NCBI GenBank assembly: GCA_965197905.1
Contig: CBDAOB010000004.1
Coordinates: forward strand, 384,001-448,000
DNA length: 64,000 nucleotides
Origin: Candidatus Latescibacterota bacterium
Lineage (GTDB): Bacteria > Latescibacterota > UBA2968 > UBA8231
Reading direction: 5' to 3'
In this document: piece by piece, positions 53,691 to 64,000 of the stretch
Numbering within the stretch: the first letter of the stretch is position 1
Layout: each line of letters begins with the position of its first letter
Notes under the pieces: generated by a model
Told to the model about the DNA's origin: nothing
The model's database searches: none
What the model saw: only the letters and a program-made list of their open reading frames with translations
Made by a program: the position numbers and the translations under genes

Positions 53691-56047
53691 ATGTCCAGTA
53701 CTCCAAACAACGGCAACGGCTCCGCCGGCGCTTTCGCCCAATGGGTGATCCGCTGGCGCTGGTTGGTGCTGATTGGCTCCATAGCTGTCGCCCTGATCGC
53801 CGGTTCCGGTGCGGCGCGCCTGGCCTTCAACAACGACTACCGGATCTTCTTTTCGGAAGACAATCCCGAGTTGCTCGCGTTCGAAAAACTGCAACGCACC
53901 TACACCAAGATCGACAACATCCTGTTTGCCATCGCGCCGCGGGATGATTCCGTCTTCACCCCGCAGGTTCTGGATGCGGTCGAATTCCTGACCTTAGAGG
54001 CCTGGCAGCTCCCGTTCGTGCTGCGGGTGGATTCCATAACCAACTATCAACATACAACGGCGACCGAGGATGATCTCATCGTCGCCGACCTCGTCGAGGG
54101 GTCACTCAGCCTTACCCAAAATATGCTTGACGAGGTCTCTGAGATCGCCACCAACGAACCGGCGCTGCGCGACTTTCTCGTCGCCCACGAGGGACATACC
54201 ACCGGCATCAACGTAACCTTCCAGATGCCGCAGCTGGAGATGAACGAGACCCCGGAGACGGTGGCGGCCGCGCGCGCGCTCGCAGCCAAGCTCGAGGCGG
54301 AGTACCCGGTTAAGGTCCACCTCACCGGCATGGTCATGCTCAACAACGCGTTTCAGGAGATGAGCATGCAGGACTTGTCGACGATGGTTCCGGCGATGTA
54401 CCTCATCATCATCCTGGTCGCCGGCCTTTTACTTCGCTCCGTTGTCGCTACCATCGGGACCGTGCTGGTGATTCTGCTTTCACTGATGACCGCCATGGGT
54501 TTGGCCGGATGGGCCGGCATCGAGCTCACACCGCCGTCCTCCGCCGCACCGACGATCATAATGACGCTGGCGGTTGCAGACTCCATCCACGTCCTGGTCA
54601 GTTTGCTGAGCGCCATGCGTCGCGGCGTTGCCCGCAGAGAAGCTCTCGTGGAGAGCCTCCGTCTCAATATGTCACCGGTTTTCTGACCAGTGTCACTACG
54701 GCGATCGGTTTTCTATCCTTGAATTTTTCGGACTCGCCACCATTCGGCGACCTCGGCAACATTACCGCAGTGGGCATGATCGTAGCGTTCTTCTATTCGG
54801 TCGGTTTCCTTCCCGCGCTTGTCGCTATCGTCCCGGTGAGGGCACGAGAGGGCCAATCCTTGCTCGGCAAATCGATGGACCGTCTCGGAGACTGGGTTGT
54901 GCAACGGAACCGCCCCATCCTCGTCGGATTCTCCGCCTGTGCCCTGTTGATTCTGGCATTCATCCCGTCCAACGACCTCAACGACGATTTTGTCACCTAT
55001 TTCGACGAGAGCACTTCCTTCCGATCCGATGTCATCGTAACCACCGATCGTCTTACCGGCGCGTATCAGCTGCAGTTCTCGTTGGATTCCGGGTCCAGCA
55101 ACGGGGTCAGTGACCCCGCCTTTCTGGCGCAGGTGGGCCGATTCGTCGATTGGCTGCGGGAACAGCCCGAGATTCGGCACGTAAACTCGATCACCGACAC
55201 CTTCAAACGGTTGAACAAGAATCTGCACGCTGATGACCCGACCTACTACCGCCTTCCGGAGCAACGCGACCTGGCCGCGCAATATCTGTTGCTGTACGAG
55301 CTCTCCCTACCCTACGGGCTCGATCTCAACAACCAGCTCAACGTCGACAAGTCGAGCACCCAGATCCTCGTCACTCTGGAAAACCTCGACTCTAGGCGTC
55401 TGCGCGAAATCTCTGAGCGCGGCGAGTCATGGTTGCGCGACCACGCACCAAAGTTGGCCACGGAAGGAATCGGGCCGGCGATCATGTTTGCCTATATCTC
55501 CGACCGCAACATCCGCTCCATGCTCATCGGCACTCTTTTGGCGGTTTTGGTAATCTCCGCCATCCTCGTGGTCGTGCTCAAGAGCCCCAAGCTCGGCGGC
55601 ATATCGTTGGTACCCAATCTGCTCCCGGCGGGCCTCGCCTTCGGAGCCTGGGGATTGTTTGTGGGCGAAGTGAACATGGCCGTGTCTATGGTGAGCGGTA
55701 TGACCCTGGGCATCGTCGTCGACGATACGATTCACTTTCTCTCGAAATACAGGCGGGCACGGCACGAACAAGGTCTCGATGCGCCGGACGCCATTCGGTA
55801 CGCCTTTCACACCGTCGGGCAGGCGATCGTCGTGACCTCGCTCATCCTCATCGCCGGCTTTAGCGTTCTTGCAAATTCCGACTTCGCCATGAACTCCCTC
55901 ATGGCTATGCTTACCGCCATCGCCATCGCTATGGCGCTGGTGGCCGATTTCCTATTGCTGCCGGCTCTACTAATCAAGCTCGACGGCAGAAAAACCTTCG
56001 GAGCCTCGGCTCACGCCGGCGTTGCGGAATTCGCCCCAGCCCCCTAA
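53691..56047 (+). CDS. MMPL/RND-family transporter; frameshift at T-run 54679-54682
   Basis: ORFs 53691-54686 and 54509-56047 join (…MSPVF/LTSVTTAIGF…); TM4 LAVADSIH and TM10 GIVVDDTIHF motifs. Confidence 0.88.
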
Positions 56048-56076
56048 TAGGGCTTGTACCAGGAGACTTGGAAAAA

Positions 56077-56946
56077 ATGAATCAATTTCGAATCAGCCGG
56101 CTGAACGACTTCCGCCTATCTGCGCAGTTTGTACCAGCATCGGCGTTGAGGTTTATGGTTTTCGCCGTTGTCATATTTGCGGCTTTTGGGCCGAATCTTC
56201 TCGAAGCCGAGGATGCCACGGAAGATCCCGCCGCCGCCCGCGGGCTGGAGATTGCCGTGGAAGCCGACCGCCGCGACACCGGCTTTGGCGACTTCAAGGC
56301 AAATATCGCCATGATCTTGCGCAACAAACATGGCGATTCTTCCGAGCGCCGTATGCGCGTGCGCACACTGGAACAGGAGAACGAAGGCGACAAGTCCCTC
56401 ATCATCTTTGAGAACCCCGGTGACGTGAAGGGCACGGCGTTTCTTTCGTTTACTCACAAGACCGGATCCGACGATCAGTGGCTTTATCTGCCGGCTTTGA
56501 AACGGGTTAAGCGGATCGCTTCCAGCAACAAGTCGGGCCCGTTCATGGGAAGCGAGTTTGCCTACGAGGATATCTCCTCCCAGGAGGTCGAGAAATACAC
56601 CTATCGCTATATCGACGAGGAGACCTTCGACGAGCGCAACCACTTTGTCGTGGAACGCGACCCGGTGGATCCGAAGTCCGGCTACTCCCGCCAGGTTGCT
56701 TGGCTCGACACCGATGAATACCGGGTCTGGAAGGTTGAGTTCTACGACCGCAGAGGTTCGATACTCAAAACCCTGACCGTGAGCGGTTACAGTCAATACC
56801 TAGAGAAGTACTGGCGGGCCAACCGTTGGATGATGGTCAACCACAAGACCGGCAAGGAGACCGATCTCCTGTGGGAAGATTTTCTGTTCGCCAACGGCTT
56901 TGACGATAAGGATTTTACCCGCAACAGCCTCGCTCGCGCTCGTTGA
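56077..56946 (+). CDS. LolA-like 'outer membrane lipoprotein-sorting' protein
   Basis: DVKGTAFL, DDQWLYLPALKRVKRI, FMGSEFAYEDI, FTRNSL. Confidence 0.85.
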   Translation: MNQFRISRLNDFRLSAQFVPASALRFMVFAVVIFAAFGPNLLEAEDATEDPAAARGLEIAVEADRRDTGFGDFKANIAMILRNKHGDSSERRMRVRTLEQENEGDKSLIIFENPGDVKGTAFLSFTHKTGSDDQWLYLPALKRVKRIASSNKSGPFMGSEFAYEDISSQEVEKYTYRYIDEETFDERNHFVVERDPVDPKSGYSRQVAWLDTDEYRVWKVEFYDRRGSILKTLTVSGYSQYLEKYWRANRWMMVNHKTGKETDLLWEDFLFANGFDDKDFTRNSLARAR

Positions 56947-58133
56947 CACTCAACATGCACCTCTTGTTCGCGCTCGCCGTCATTTCTACGCTGCTGACCG
57001 CGTTGCCCCTCGGGGCCGCAGATTTTTCCGGTGAGCTCGCTGTCGAAAGCCGGCTGTTCCCGAATGATCCTCTCGACCCGCGCCAACAGGACTCGGGATT
57101 CGCTCTCGCTATCGAGCCGGAGCTTTACCACGATTGGTCCGACGGGGCACAGCGTATTGTCGTCGTTCCCTTTATGCGTTGGGATCTGGAGGATAGCGAG
57201 CGCACCCACCTCGACCTTCGCGAGCTCTACTGGCGACGTTCCTTTGACAGCGCCGACCTCTTCGTCGGGATGCGCAAACTGTTCTGGGGGGTGACCGAAT
57301 CGGTCCACCTGGTAGATGTCATCAACCAGACCGACCTGGTGGAGAATTCCGATACAGAAGACAAACTGGGGCAGCCTATGTTGCAGCTGACGCTCTTACG
57401 CGACCAGGGCACTCTGGACCTATTCCTCATGGCCGGTTTTCGCGAGCGCGGCTTTGCTGGGACCAACGGTCGTTTCCGTCCCTCGTTGACTATCGCAGGT
57501 CGCAGCCGGTACGAGTCGGATCTAGAACGCTGGCACCCCGATGTGGCGGCACGTTGGAGTCAGATTCTGGGTGACTACGACCTCGTCAGTCATTTCTTCG
57601 GCACCTCGCGAGAGCCGCGTTTGGTGGTGGACGGGGGAAACGGTCCACCCAGGCTTGTACCCCACTACGATTTGCTGCATCAAACGGGCATCGATCTGCA
57701 GCTAACCCGTGGCGACTGGCTTGCCAAGCTGGAGGTGGTACATCGAGATGCAGTCGACGGACGTTCCACAGCAGCCGTGGCTGGTTTCGAGTACACCTTG
57801 GTCGGACTTGCCGGTGCCGCCGACCTTGGCATCGTCGCGGAGGCGCAGTACGATAACCGAGAGGCTCCGCTGGCACCCTTCTCGGACAACGACGTTGCGG
57901 TCGGCGGTCGTCTGACCTTCAACGACACCCAGGACACAGACATCCTCGCCTTTACCTCCGTCGATGGCGACAACGGATCGCTGTTTACATCGGTTGAGGC
58001 GAACCGGCGCTGGCGCGACGCGGGCGAAGTTCGCCTCGAAGCCCGTTTCTTCAGCAACGTGGAACCCGGAGACCCGCTCTATGTTTTCCGCAGGGATGAT
58101 TATCTACAGCTCGAGTACGTACATTTTTTTTGA
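56943..58133 (+). CDS. Putative outer-membrane beta-barrel protein
   Basis: Signal peptide; DLRELYW…WGVTESVHLVDVINQTD…KLGQPM; C-terminal YLQLEYVHFF. Confidence 0.75.
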   Translation: MTLNMHLLFALAVISTLLTALPLGAADFSGELAVESRLFPNDPLDPRQQDSGFALAIEPELYHDWSDGAQRIVVVPFMRWDLEDSERTHLDLRELYWRRSFDSADLFVGMRKLFWGVTESVHLVDVINQTDLVENSDTEDKLGQPMLQLTLLRDQGTLDLFLMAGFRERGFAGTNGRFRPSLTIAGRSRYESDLERWHPDVAARWSQILGDYDLVSHFFGTSREPRLVVDGGNGPPRLVPHYDLLHQTGIDLQLTRGDWLAKLEVVHRDAVDGRSTAAVAGFEYTLVGLAGAADLGIVAEAQYDNREAPLAPFSDNDVAVGGRLTFNDTQDTDILAFTSVDGDNGSLFTSVEANRRWRDAGEVRLEARFFSNVEPGDPLYVFRRDDYLQLEYVHFF

Positions 58134-58169
58134 ACGGAAACTTGGGTAGATTCTACAGCGGGTGACAGC

Positions 58170-58757
58170 ATGGGACGAACTCGCGAATTCGACATGGACC
58201 AGGCGTTGGACGCGGCCATCAGCACATTCTGGACGCAGGGATACGAAGCCACCTCCATGACCGATCTCATGGAAGCCACCGGTCTTCACAAAGGTAGCCT
58301 CTACAAAGCTTTTGAAGATAAGCACGACATCTTCATGAAATCCCTCGGGCGCTACCTGGACGGCGCTTATGAACACATGCATTCCGTTTTGGCCGCAGCA
58401 GAAGCCCCGCTGGATGGTCTGCGTGCCTGGCTTAATGGCGTTGTGTTTCTATGCCGCCATCAGCCCGTGCAGCGCGGCTGCCTGGCGTTGAACGCGGCTA
58501 TCGAGCTCGGCCCTCACGACGCCGATGTCACCGCGTTGCTACAGAACCATCACACCCGCGCCTCCAAGCTGTTGATCGAAACCATAATGAGCGGCCAGCG
58601 ATCGGGAGAAATCCGCACCGACCTCACCTCGGACCAGCTGGCCAAAGCATTGTTCATCTTCAGCGCCGGCCTCCTGGGCGCCTCCAAGGTACTCTCCCAG
58701 ACCGTCGACGCCGAAGAGATGGTAGACTCGGCGCTCGCCATGGTCAGGTGCTGCTGA
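58170..58757 (+). CDS. TetR/AcrR-family regulator (ComR/NemR-like)
   Basis: MGRTREFD…FWTQGYEATSMTDLMEATGLHKGSLYKAF…GCLALN. Confidence 0.92.
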   Translation: MGRTREFDMDQALDAAISTFWTQGYEATSMTDLMEATGLHKGSLYKAFEDKHDIFMKSLGRYLDGAYEHMHSVLAAAEAPLDGLRAWLNGVVFLCRHQPVQRGCLALNAAIELGPHDADVTALLQNHHTRASKLLIETIMSGQRSGEIRTDLTSDQLAKALFIFSAGLLGASKVLSQTVDAEEMVDSALAMVRCC

Positions 58758-59581
58758 TGCCCGCCAGCCTTCGGCTTTTCGCCACTCAGTGGTCTGTCCG
58801 CTGGTATCCATCGAAAGAGACGGAATGGTCTTGGGGGGAGAAATTTCAATCCATGAGAGACGCGGGGTTTGACGGTCTCATGTCTACGCCGTTACCGGAA
58901 TTGAACGACCGCGGTGATCTCGATTTCTGGGCGATCACCAGCCTTGGAGTGGGCGACGACCCCCGGCCGTTCTACGAGGAAGCTACCGCGTTGGGAGCTG
59001 CCGGCGCCACCGTTCAGCCATGCGACGTGGATACCCCGCTCGCTGACTGCGTCGAAGTCGTGCGGAACATCCAGCAAATCGCCCGTGAGTTCGACCTGCA
59101 TACGGGGATCGAGTGCCACCGCGACACCTTTACCGAAACACCGGAACGCACATGGGATATGTGCGACGGGTATGAAGAGGCGGAGCACCAGCTCCTGCCA
59201 CTGTGTTTCGACCACTCCCACTTCGCTGTCGTCCGCCACTTGACCCCGCCGTATTGGAGCTACCTGAAAGGCCGCGAGGACCTGCTCGCCCATGCGCGGC
59301 AGTTTCACATGCGCCCTTTCAACGGTCATCACTGCCAGATTCCGGCCACCTTCGACGGACAACGTCGCACGCCGGAGTACCTGGACTGGTTGGAGTTTGC
59401 GCGGGAGCTCTTTCGTTTCATGCGGGCACGCGGCGAAGGCGAGATCTTTGTCGTTCCCGAGCTCGGCAACGCGAACCCGTCGTATGGACTTTCGTGTTTC
59501 CCCGATGTCTGGAAGGATACCTGTATCACCGGCGGCGACTTGAGAGCTGCCTGGGACGAAGCCCGGCCCGCAGGAGGTTAA
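58757..59581 (+). CDS. Xylose isomerase-like TIM-barrel protein
   Basis: AGFDG, IECHRDTFTETPE, FDHSHFAVV, VPELG; TGATG overlap with tetR. Confidence 0.75.
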   Translation: MPASLRLFATQWSVRWYPSKETEWSWGEKFQSMRDAGFDGLMSTPLPELNDRGDLDFWAITSLGVGDDPRPFYEEATALGAAGATVQPCDVDTPLADCVEVVRNIQQIAREFDLHTGIECHRDTFTETPERTWDMCDGYEEAEHQLLPLCFDHSHFAVVRHLTPPYWSYLKGREDLLAHARQFHMRPFNGHHCQIPATFDGQRRTPEYLDWLEFARELFRFMRARGEGEIFVVPELGNANPSYGLSCFPDVWKDTCITGGDLRAAWDEARPAGG

Positions 59582-61863
59582 GGCGGGGGCGGCAGCTTCC
59601 AGGTGCCGTGAGAGGATCCTACGTAGAGATAACGGTCGTGCGGATTCACCGAAAGGGCCCACGGCGTGAATTCGGGGCCTAGCTCTCCAGTGATGTTTTC
59701 CCAGTCCATTCCCGAATTGACGGAGCGAAAAATTCCGTTGGAATGGCCGCGGAAGGCGATCCAGTTGCCGGCGTAAACGATCTTCGGATCGATCGGATCG
59801 ATGGCGACGAAACGCGTCGGGATCGAATCGAAACGATCCTGTTCCAGGCCGACGGCCGCCCCCTTCTCCAACCATTGTTCACCATCCCAAATGAAAAGAC
59901 CGAAGAGCCCGGAGGTGACGTAAACGCGGTCCTGGTCGTTGGGGGCAACGGCGATCTCGTGGAATTCGGGAATGCCCAGCGGAGTATACGGTTCCGTCCA
60001 GGTGGCGCCTCCGTCGCTTGATTTCGAGATGATCACCTCATCGCCCTCCTGTTCGGCGGCGTAGACCACGTTGCCATCCCCGGGATAGATGGCGACGATC
60101 GATTTCGAAAGCGCGTTCCAGCTGACCCCACGGTTGGGGCTTTTGTATTCGTCGGCGTAAACGATCGACGGATCCTGAGGGTTGAAAGCGAGAAACTTGA
60201 ATTCGTCCTTCTCTGTGGCTGTCTTGTGGACCCACGTCCGACCGCTGTCGGCGGACACGGCGATTACCTGTGGGGTAATGCCGACGGCGACGACGATGAC
60301 TCCTGACCCGGCAGTGGGATCTATTGCCCCCACGTTGGTCGTCGCTCCACCGTCCAACCGGGGTACTTTCAGGTTGCGGAAGGTTGCACCCCCGTCTTCG
60401 GTGAGCACGGCTCCATAATCAACCAGGAAAAAGGCGAAACGCCCGGGATTGTTGCGATCCCATCCGAATGCCGCCGCTCCATTTCCGATGCGGCCCCCGG
60501 AGTAACCGCTACCCGAGTACATCCAGGTGGTTCCGCCATTAATGGTCTTCTGGACATGGTTGCCGTTGGCCGAAGCGATCGCCTCCTCCGCTTTTATGGG
60601 ATTAGGCGCAATCGGCGTTGCTAGGAACTCACCTCCAAAGGAGTCGTTGACCGAGGAGATCAGCTCGTCCAGGGCGGCTGGGCGGTTCCAGCTCTGGCCG
60701 CCGTCACGACTGTAGTACGGTTGGTGGTCCCCCAATTGGAAGAAGCTGACATACAGGAGGTCGGGATCGACGGGACTCATGGACAGATAGGTGGCGTGGG
60801 ACGACTCCGTCGTATCGGCACTGATCGGCTCCAGACCGTTGTTGATCGCGACAAATGTGAGGCCGCCATCGTTGGAACGAAAGACGCCCCGGCGGCCGGC
60901 GCTGGCGTAGATGATGTTCGAATCGTCGGTCCGCACAACGAGGGCGCGGGGGAAGTCGGAAAGTCCAGCGCCGATTTTCTCTGCGGATCCGGGGTTCTGT
61001 TCGCTGTATCTGTAGAGACCGGTTTCGGAAGCGATGAAGACAGTTGTGGAATCCTGCGGATCGATCTTCAGATCCAGCAGCCTGGACGACGCCAGGTTGC
61101 CCACGTCGCTCCACGAATCCCCTCCGTCGGAGGAACGCAGCAGCCCTTCCGTATGGGTAGCGGCGTAGATGGTGTCGTGACCCGCAAAGGCGAAGTTGAC
61201 GCCGCCTTTATTCTCCAGGAGGTTGACATACGGAGTGCGGTGGACCTGCACCCAGCTGTCGCCGCCGTCCCGGGTGCGGTAGATGCCGTCAGCTAGTTCA
61301 TCGGAGATCTCCTCGTGCGTCGAAGCGGCGACAAAAACGATATTCTCGTCGCTGGGATGCACCACGAGTGAAAGTCCCCCGTTGGCCAGGAAACCCTGGT
61401 TTTTCATCTGCCAGGTGGCTCCGCCGTCGACGCTTCTCCAAACCTGGCTGACGTCGGTAGCCAGATACACCGCTTCCGGGTTGGAGGGCGCGTAGCTGAT
61501 GCTGTAGATCAGTTGCATCCCCTCACCTCCCGCGATTCCCGCAACAGCTTGTTCCGCGGAGCGCAGTGGAACCGGGATCCACTGACCGCCGGACGCCTCC
61601 GACTTTCCGAACTGGTCGCTGAACAGAAAGAAATCGTCGAACCCGATGGTATCATCACCATCCAGATCAAACGATGCGTTGGTCGAATCGACGGGAAGGC
61701 CGAATTGATCGGCGAACAGGAAGAAATCTGCGAAATCGACCGTGCCGCTCCCGTCGAAATCGCCGGCAAAGGGGGACGCGGTTGAGCCGTCGAAAACGAG
61801 GAGATATAGAACGATGATCAAGGAGGTGGCAGCCGCAGTCTTCGATTGAGCGCGATGCCTCAT
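59578..61863 (-). CDS. Exported BNR/Asp-box beta-propeller protein with N-terminal paired EF-hand/dockerin-like motif
   Basis: About ten S/TxDGGxS/TW-like repeats; GDFDGSGTVDFADFFLFADQFG and FDLDGDDTIGFDDFFLFSDQFG after the signal peptide. Confidence 0.8.
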   Translation of the reverse strand: MRHRAQSKTAAATSLIIVLYLLVFDGSTASPFAGDFDGSGTVDFADFFLFADQFGLPVDSTNASFDLDGDDTIGFDDFFLFSDQFGKSEASGGQWIPVPLRSAEQAVAGIAGGEGMQLIYSISYAPSNPEAVYLATDVSQVWRSVDGGATWQMKNQGFLANGGLSLVVHPSDENIVFVAASTHEEISDELADGIYRTRDGGDSWVQVHRTPYVNLLENKGGVNFAFAGHDTIYAATHTEGLLRSSDGGDSWSDVGNLASSRLLDLKIDPQDSTTVFIASETGLYRYSEQNPGSAEKIGAGLSDFPRALVVRTDDSNIIYASAGRRGVFRSNDGGLTFVAINNGLEPISADTTESSHATYLSMSPVDPDLLYVSFFQLGDHQPYYSRDGGQSWNRPAALDELISSVNDSFGGEFLATPIAPNPIKAEEAIASANGNHVQKTINGGTTWMYSGSGYSGGRIGNGAAAFGWDRNNPGRFAFFLVDYGAVLTEDGGATFRNLKVPRLDGGATTNVGAIDPTAGSGVIVVAVGITPQVIAVSADSGRTWVHKTATEKDEFKFLAFNPQDPSIVYADEYKSPNRGVSWNALSKSIVAIYPGDGNVVYAAEQEGDEVIISKSSDGGATWTEPYTPLGIPEFHEIAVAPNDQDRVYVTSGLFGLFIWDGEQWLEKGAAVGLEQDRFDSIPTRFVAIDPIDPKIVYAGNWIAFRGHSNGIFRSVNSGMDWENITGELGPEFTPWALSVNPHDRYLYVGSSHGTWKLPPPP

Positions 61864-61908
61864 TGTCTGTCGCCGATCGGCTTTCTTCGATGGTGACACA
61901 TGAGAGCG

Positions 61909-63579
61909 CTAGAACAATCCTACCACGTTGCCCTCCGCATCGATGTCGATATTCTCGGCGGCGGGTTTTGGCGGCAGGCCGGGCATCCGCATGATCTCAC
62001 CGGTAATTGGGATCAAGAAACCGGCGCCGGAAGCAATCTCGATCTCTCGCACCGTAACGACGAAGTCCTTCGGCCTTCCCAACAGATCTGGATCATCGGA
62101 GAGCGACTTTTGGGTTTTCGCCATGCAGATAGGCAACCCCTCGAGCTTTAGCTTCTTAATGATTCGGCGATCCTTCTTGGCTTTGGCCGTATAGTCGATC
62201 GCGCGAGCGCCGTAGATCTCCTTGGCGATCGTCGCGATCTTCCGCTCCAACGGCCAATCCCATTGATACAAGGGCCGGAATCCGGGCGAACCCTGATCGA
62301 TGACCTGAACCAGCGCCTTTGCCAGCGCTTCCGCGCCCTCGCCCCCCCGAGCCCACGAATCTGTCTCGATCGCCTGTTTTCCAAGTTTGGCGCAGCGTTC
62401 TTTGATCAATTCGATTTCCGCTGAGGTGTCGGTTGTGAACTTGTTGATGGCAATCACGCAGTCCATGCCGAAGTGTTCCATGTTTTCGACGTGTTTCTCG
62501 AGGTTGCTCAAACCCTTGTCCACCGCTTCCGGATTGGGGTCGTGAATGGACTTGAGATCCGCGCTGCCGTGGTAGCGTAAGGCGCGAACCGTGGCCACCA
62601 GCACAACGGCCGCCGGCGAGAGGCCTGCGCTGGCGCATTTGATGTCGAAAAACTTCTCCGCACCCAGATCGAACCCGAATCCTGCCTCAGTGACGACGTA
62701 GTCGGAAAGCGACATACCCATTCGCGTCGCGATCACCGAGTTCGTACCCTGGGCGATGTTCGCGAAGGGACCCCCGTGGATTATGGCCGGCGTAGCTTCC
62801 AGCGTCTGTACCAGATTCGGTTTGATCGCGTCTTTGAGTAACACCGTCATGGCGCCATTGGCGTTCAGATCACGAGCATAGATCGGCTTTCCGCCGTGGG
62901 TGAAACCCACGAAAATGTTCCCCAATCTCTGCTTCAGATCATGCAGGTCATCGGCAAGACACAGAATCGCCATGATCTCGGAAGCGGCTGTAATGTCGAA
63001 TCCGGTTTCGCGCGGGATTCCAAACGATGTGCCACCCAGACCGATGACGATATCGCGCAATACGCGATCGTTCATGTCGAAGACCCGCTTCCAGTTTACA
63101 GTACGCGGATCGATTCCCAGCGAATTCCGCTTGCTTTGAATGTTGTTGTCGATCAATGCCGCCAGGAGATTGTGCGCCTTTTCGATCGCGGCGAAATCCC
63201 CGGTGAAATGCAGATTGATGTCCTCCATCGGCAGCACCTGGGAATATCCCCCACCAGTTGCTCCACCTTTGACGCCAAAAACGGGGCCCAACGAGGGTTC
63301 GCGCAACACGACGGTCGTCGGTTTACCAATTCTATTCAGACCTTGCGCGAGACCGATAGCGGTGGTCGTCTTGCCTTCGCCGGCCGGGGTCGGAGAGATT
63401 GCGGAAACGAGAATTAGTCTGCTTTGGCTGATTTTTTCGTGGTCGATCAATTTCAGGGGAAGCTTGGCTTTGAACTTGCCGTAGAGATCCAGATCATCCC
63501 GTGCGATTCCCAGGTGATCGGCAATCTTTTCGATAGGCTGCGGCGTTGTCGCAGTGGCGATCTCCAGATCGGTGCTCAT
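61909..63579 (-). CDS. fhs: Formate--tetrahydrofolate ligase
   Basis: SPTPAGEGKTTT, LREPSLGP, KGGATGGGYSQV, HGGPFANIAQG, TEAGFG, CMAKTQ. Confidence 0.96.
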   Translation of the reverse strand: MSTDLEIATATTPQPIEKIADHLGIARDDLDLYGKFKAKLPLKLIDHEKISQSRLILVSAISPTPAGEGKTTTAIGLAQGLNRIGKPTTVVLREPSLGPVFGVKGGATGGGYSQVLPMEDINLHFTGDFAAIEKAHNLLAALIDNNIQSKRNSLGIDPRTVNWKRVFDMNDRVLRDIVIGLGGTSFGIPRETGFDITAASEIMAILCLADDLHDLKQRLGNIFVGFTHGGKPIYARDLNANGAMTVLLKDAIKPNLVQTLEATPAIIHGGPFANIAQGTNSVIATRMGMSLSDYVVTEAGFGFDLGAEKFFDIKCASAGLSPAAVVLVATVRALRYHGSADLKSIHDPNPEAVDKGLSNLEKHVENMEHFGMDCVIAINKFTTDTSAEIELIKERCAKLGKQAIETDSWARGGEGAEALAKALVQVIDQGSPGFRPLYQWDWPLERKIATIAKEIYGARAIDYTAKAKKDRRIIKKLKLEGLPICMAKTQKSLSDDPDLLGRPKDFVVTVREIEIASGAGFLIPITGEIMRMPGLPPKPAAENIDIDAEGNVVGLF

Positions 63580-63705
63580 CTCTCTCCTTGTGGACGCGGA
63601 CGGCTACGCTCAGGTTGAAAAAACCGCGCGAGAATATGGCGTGCGTGATGCGATTCGATAACTTAGTCGAAGCGTTTAGACGACTCAAATAATTGCGGGG
63701 TACCG

Positions 63706-64000
63706 ATGCGAATAGAGAGCGTTAGAGCGGTCCAACCTGGGACGGAATACTCACCGAAGGACTGGCGTACCTGGATGGGTCAGATCTTGGTGATCGTGGA
63801 AACCGACGACGGCTTGACCGGCTACGGTGTGGGAGGCGGCGGCAAGGCCGGAATTCACGTCATCGATACGGCACTGCACCACCTGCTCATCGGCGCCGAC
63901 TGCACCGGCGTGGAGGGCCTCTGGGAAGAGATGTATCGTGCAACATTGGTCTACGGCCGCAAGGGCATCGCCATCATGGCGATCAGCGGCGTCGACCTGG
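63706..64000 (+). CDS. Mandelate racemase/muconate lactonising enzyme family dehydratase (3' end outside window)
   Basis: Manual translation MRIESVRAV…VIVETDDGLTGYG…LWEEMYRATLVYGRKGIAIMAISGVDL. Confidence 0.85.
   Translation, partial: MRIESVRAVQPGTEYSPKDWRTWMGQILVIVETDDGLTGYGVGGGGKAGIHVIDTALHHLLIGADCTGVEGLWEEMYRATLVYGRKGIAIMAISGVDL

Noticed and set aside
63580..63705. ZTP (pfl) or THF riboswitch upstream of fhs
   Set aside because: Only a partial GCCGTCCGC resemblance; the conserved 5' stem and GGGC pseudoknot partner are absent

Overview
Bacterial chromosomal window, roughly 55-60% GC by eye, from a diderm organism. A paired 'DFDGSGTVDFADFFLFADQFG' motif suggests Latescibacterota/Gemmatimonadota-like bacteria (inference). 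1-4.6 kb: housekeeping genes (NamZ-like 3' end, YqgE/AlgH, DD-carboxypeptidase, rlmH, tRNA-Val(GAC), MFS). ~4.6-35.4 kb: a mosaic accessory region rich in signal transduction and gene fragments, with no recognisable transposase or integrase. It contains PAS hybrid kinases, a giant beta-propeller kinase with an inserted PDZ domain, a TonB receptor plus a YfiR-stalk-hybrid kinase fusion, a FapA with a duplicated N-module, a MarR cassette with twin operators, a MerR/HMA metal cassette, a porin-periplasmic protein-WspA-like MCP operon, and two diverged copies of a convergent-gene/hairpin module. 35.4-64 kb: mostly core-like genes: TBDR-DUF4249, pncB-pncA-gdhA, a ~165-bp palindromic MITE, two parallel LolA-like/outer-membrane-barrel transport modules (one ABC-driven, one MMPL-driven), a sigma54 promoter ahead of PilZ-hyp-glnB-glnE, an amidohydrolase, a BNR-repeat protein, fhs and a partial enolase-superfamily gene. 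Several single-base frameshifts lie in homopolymers and are probably consensus errors. All calls come from reading motifs by eye; no searches were run.
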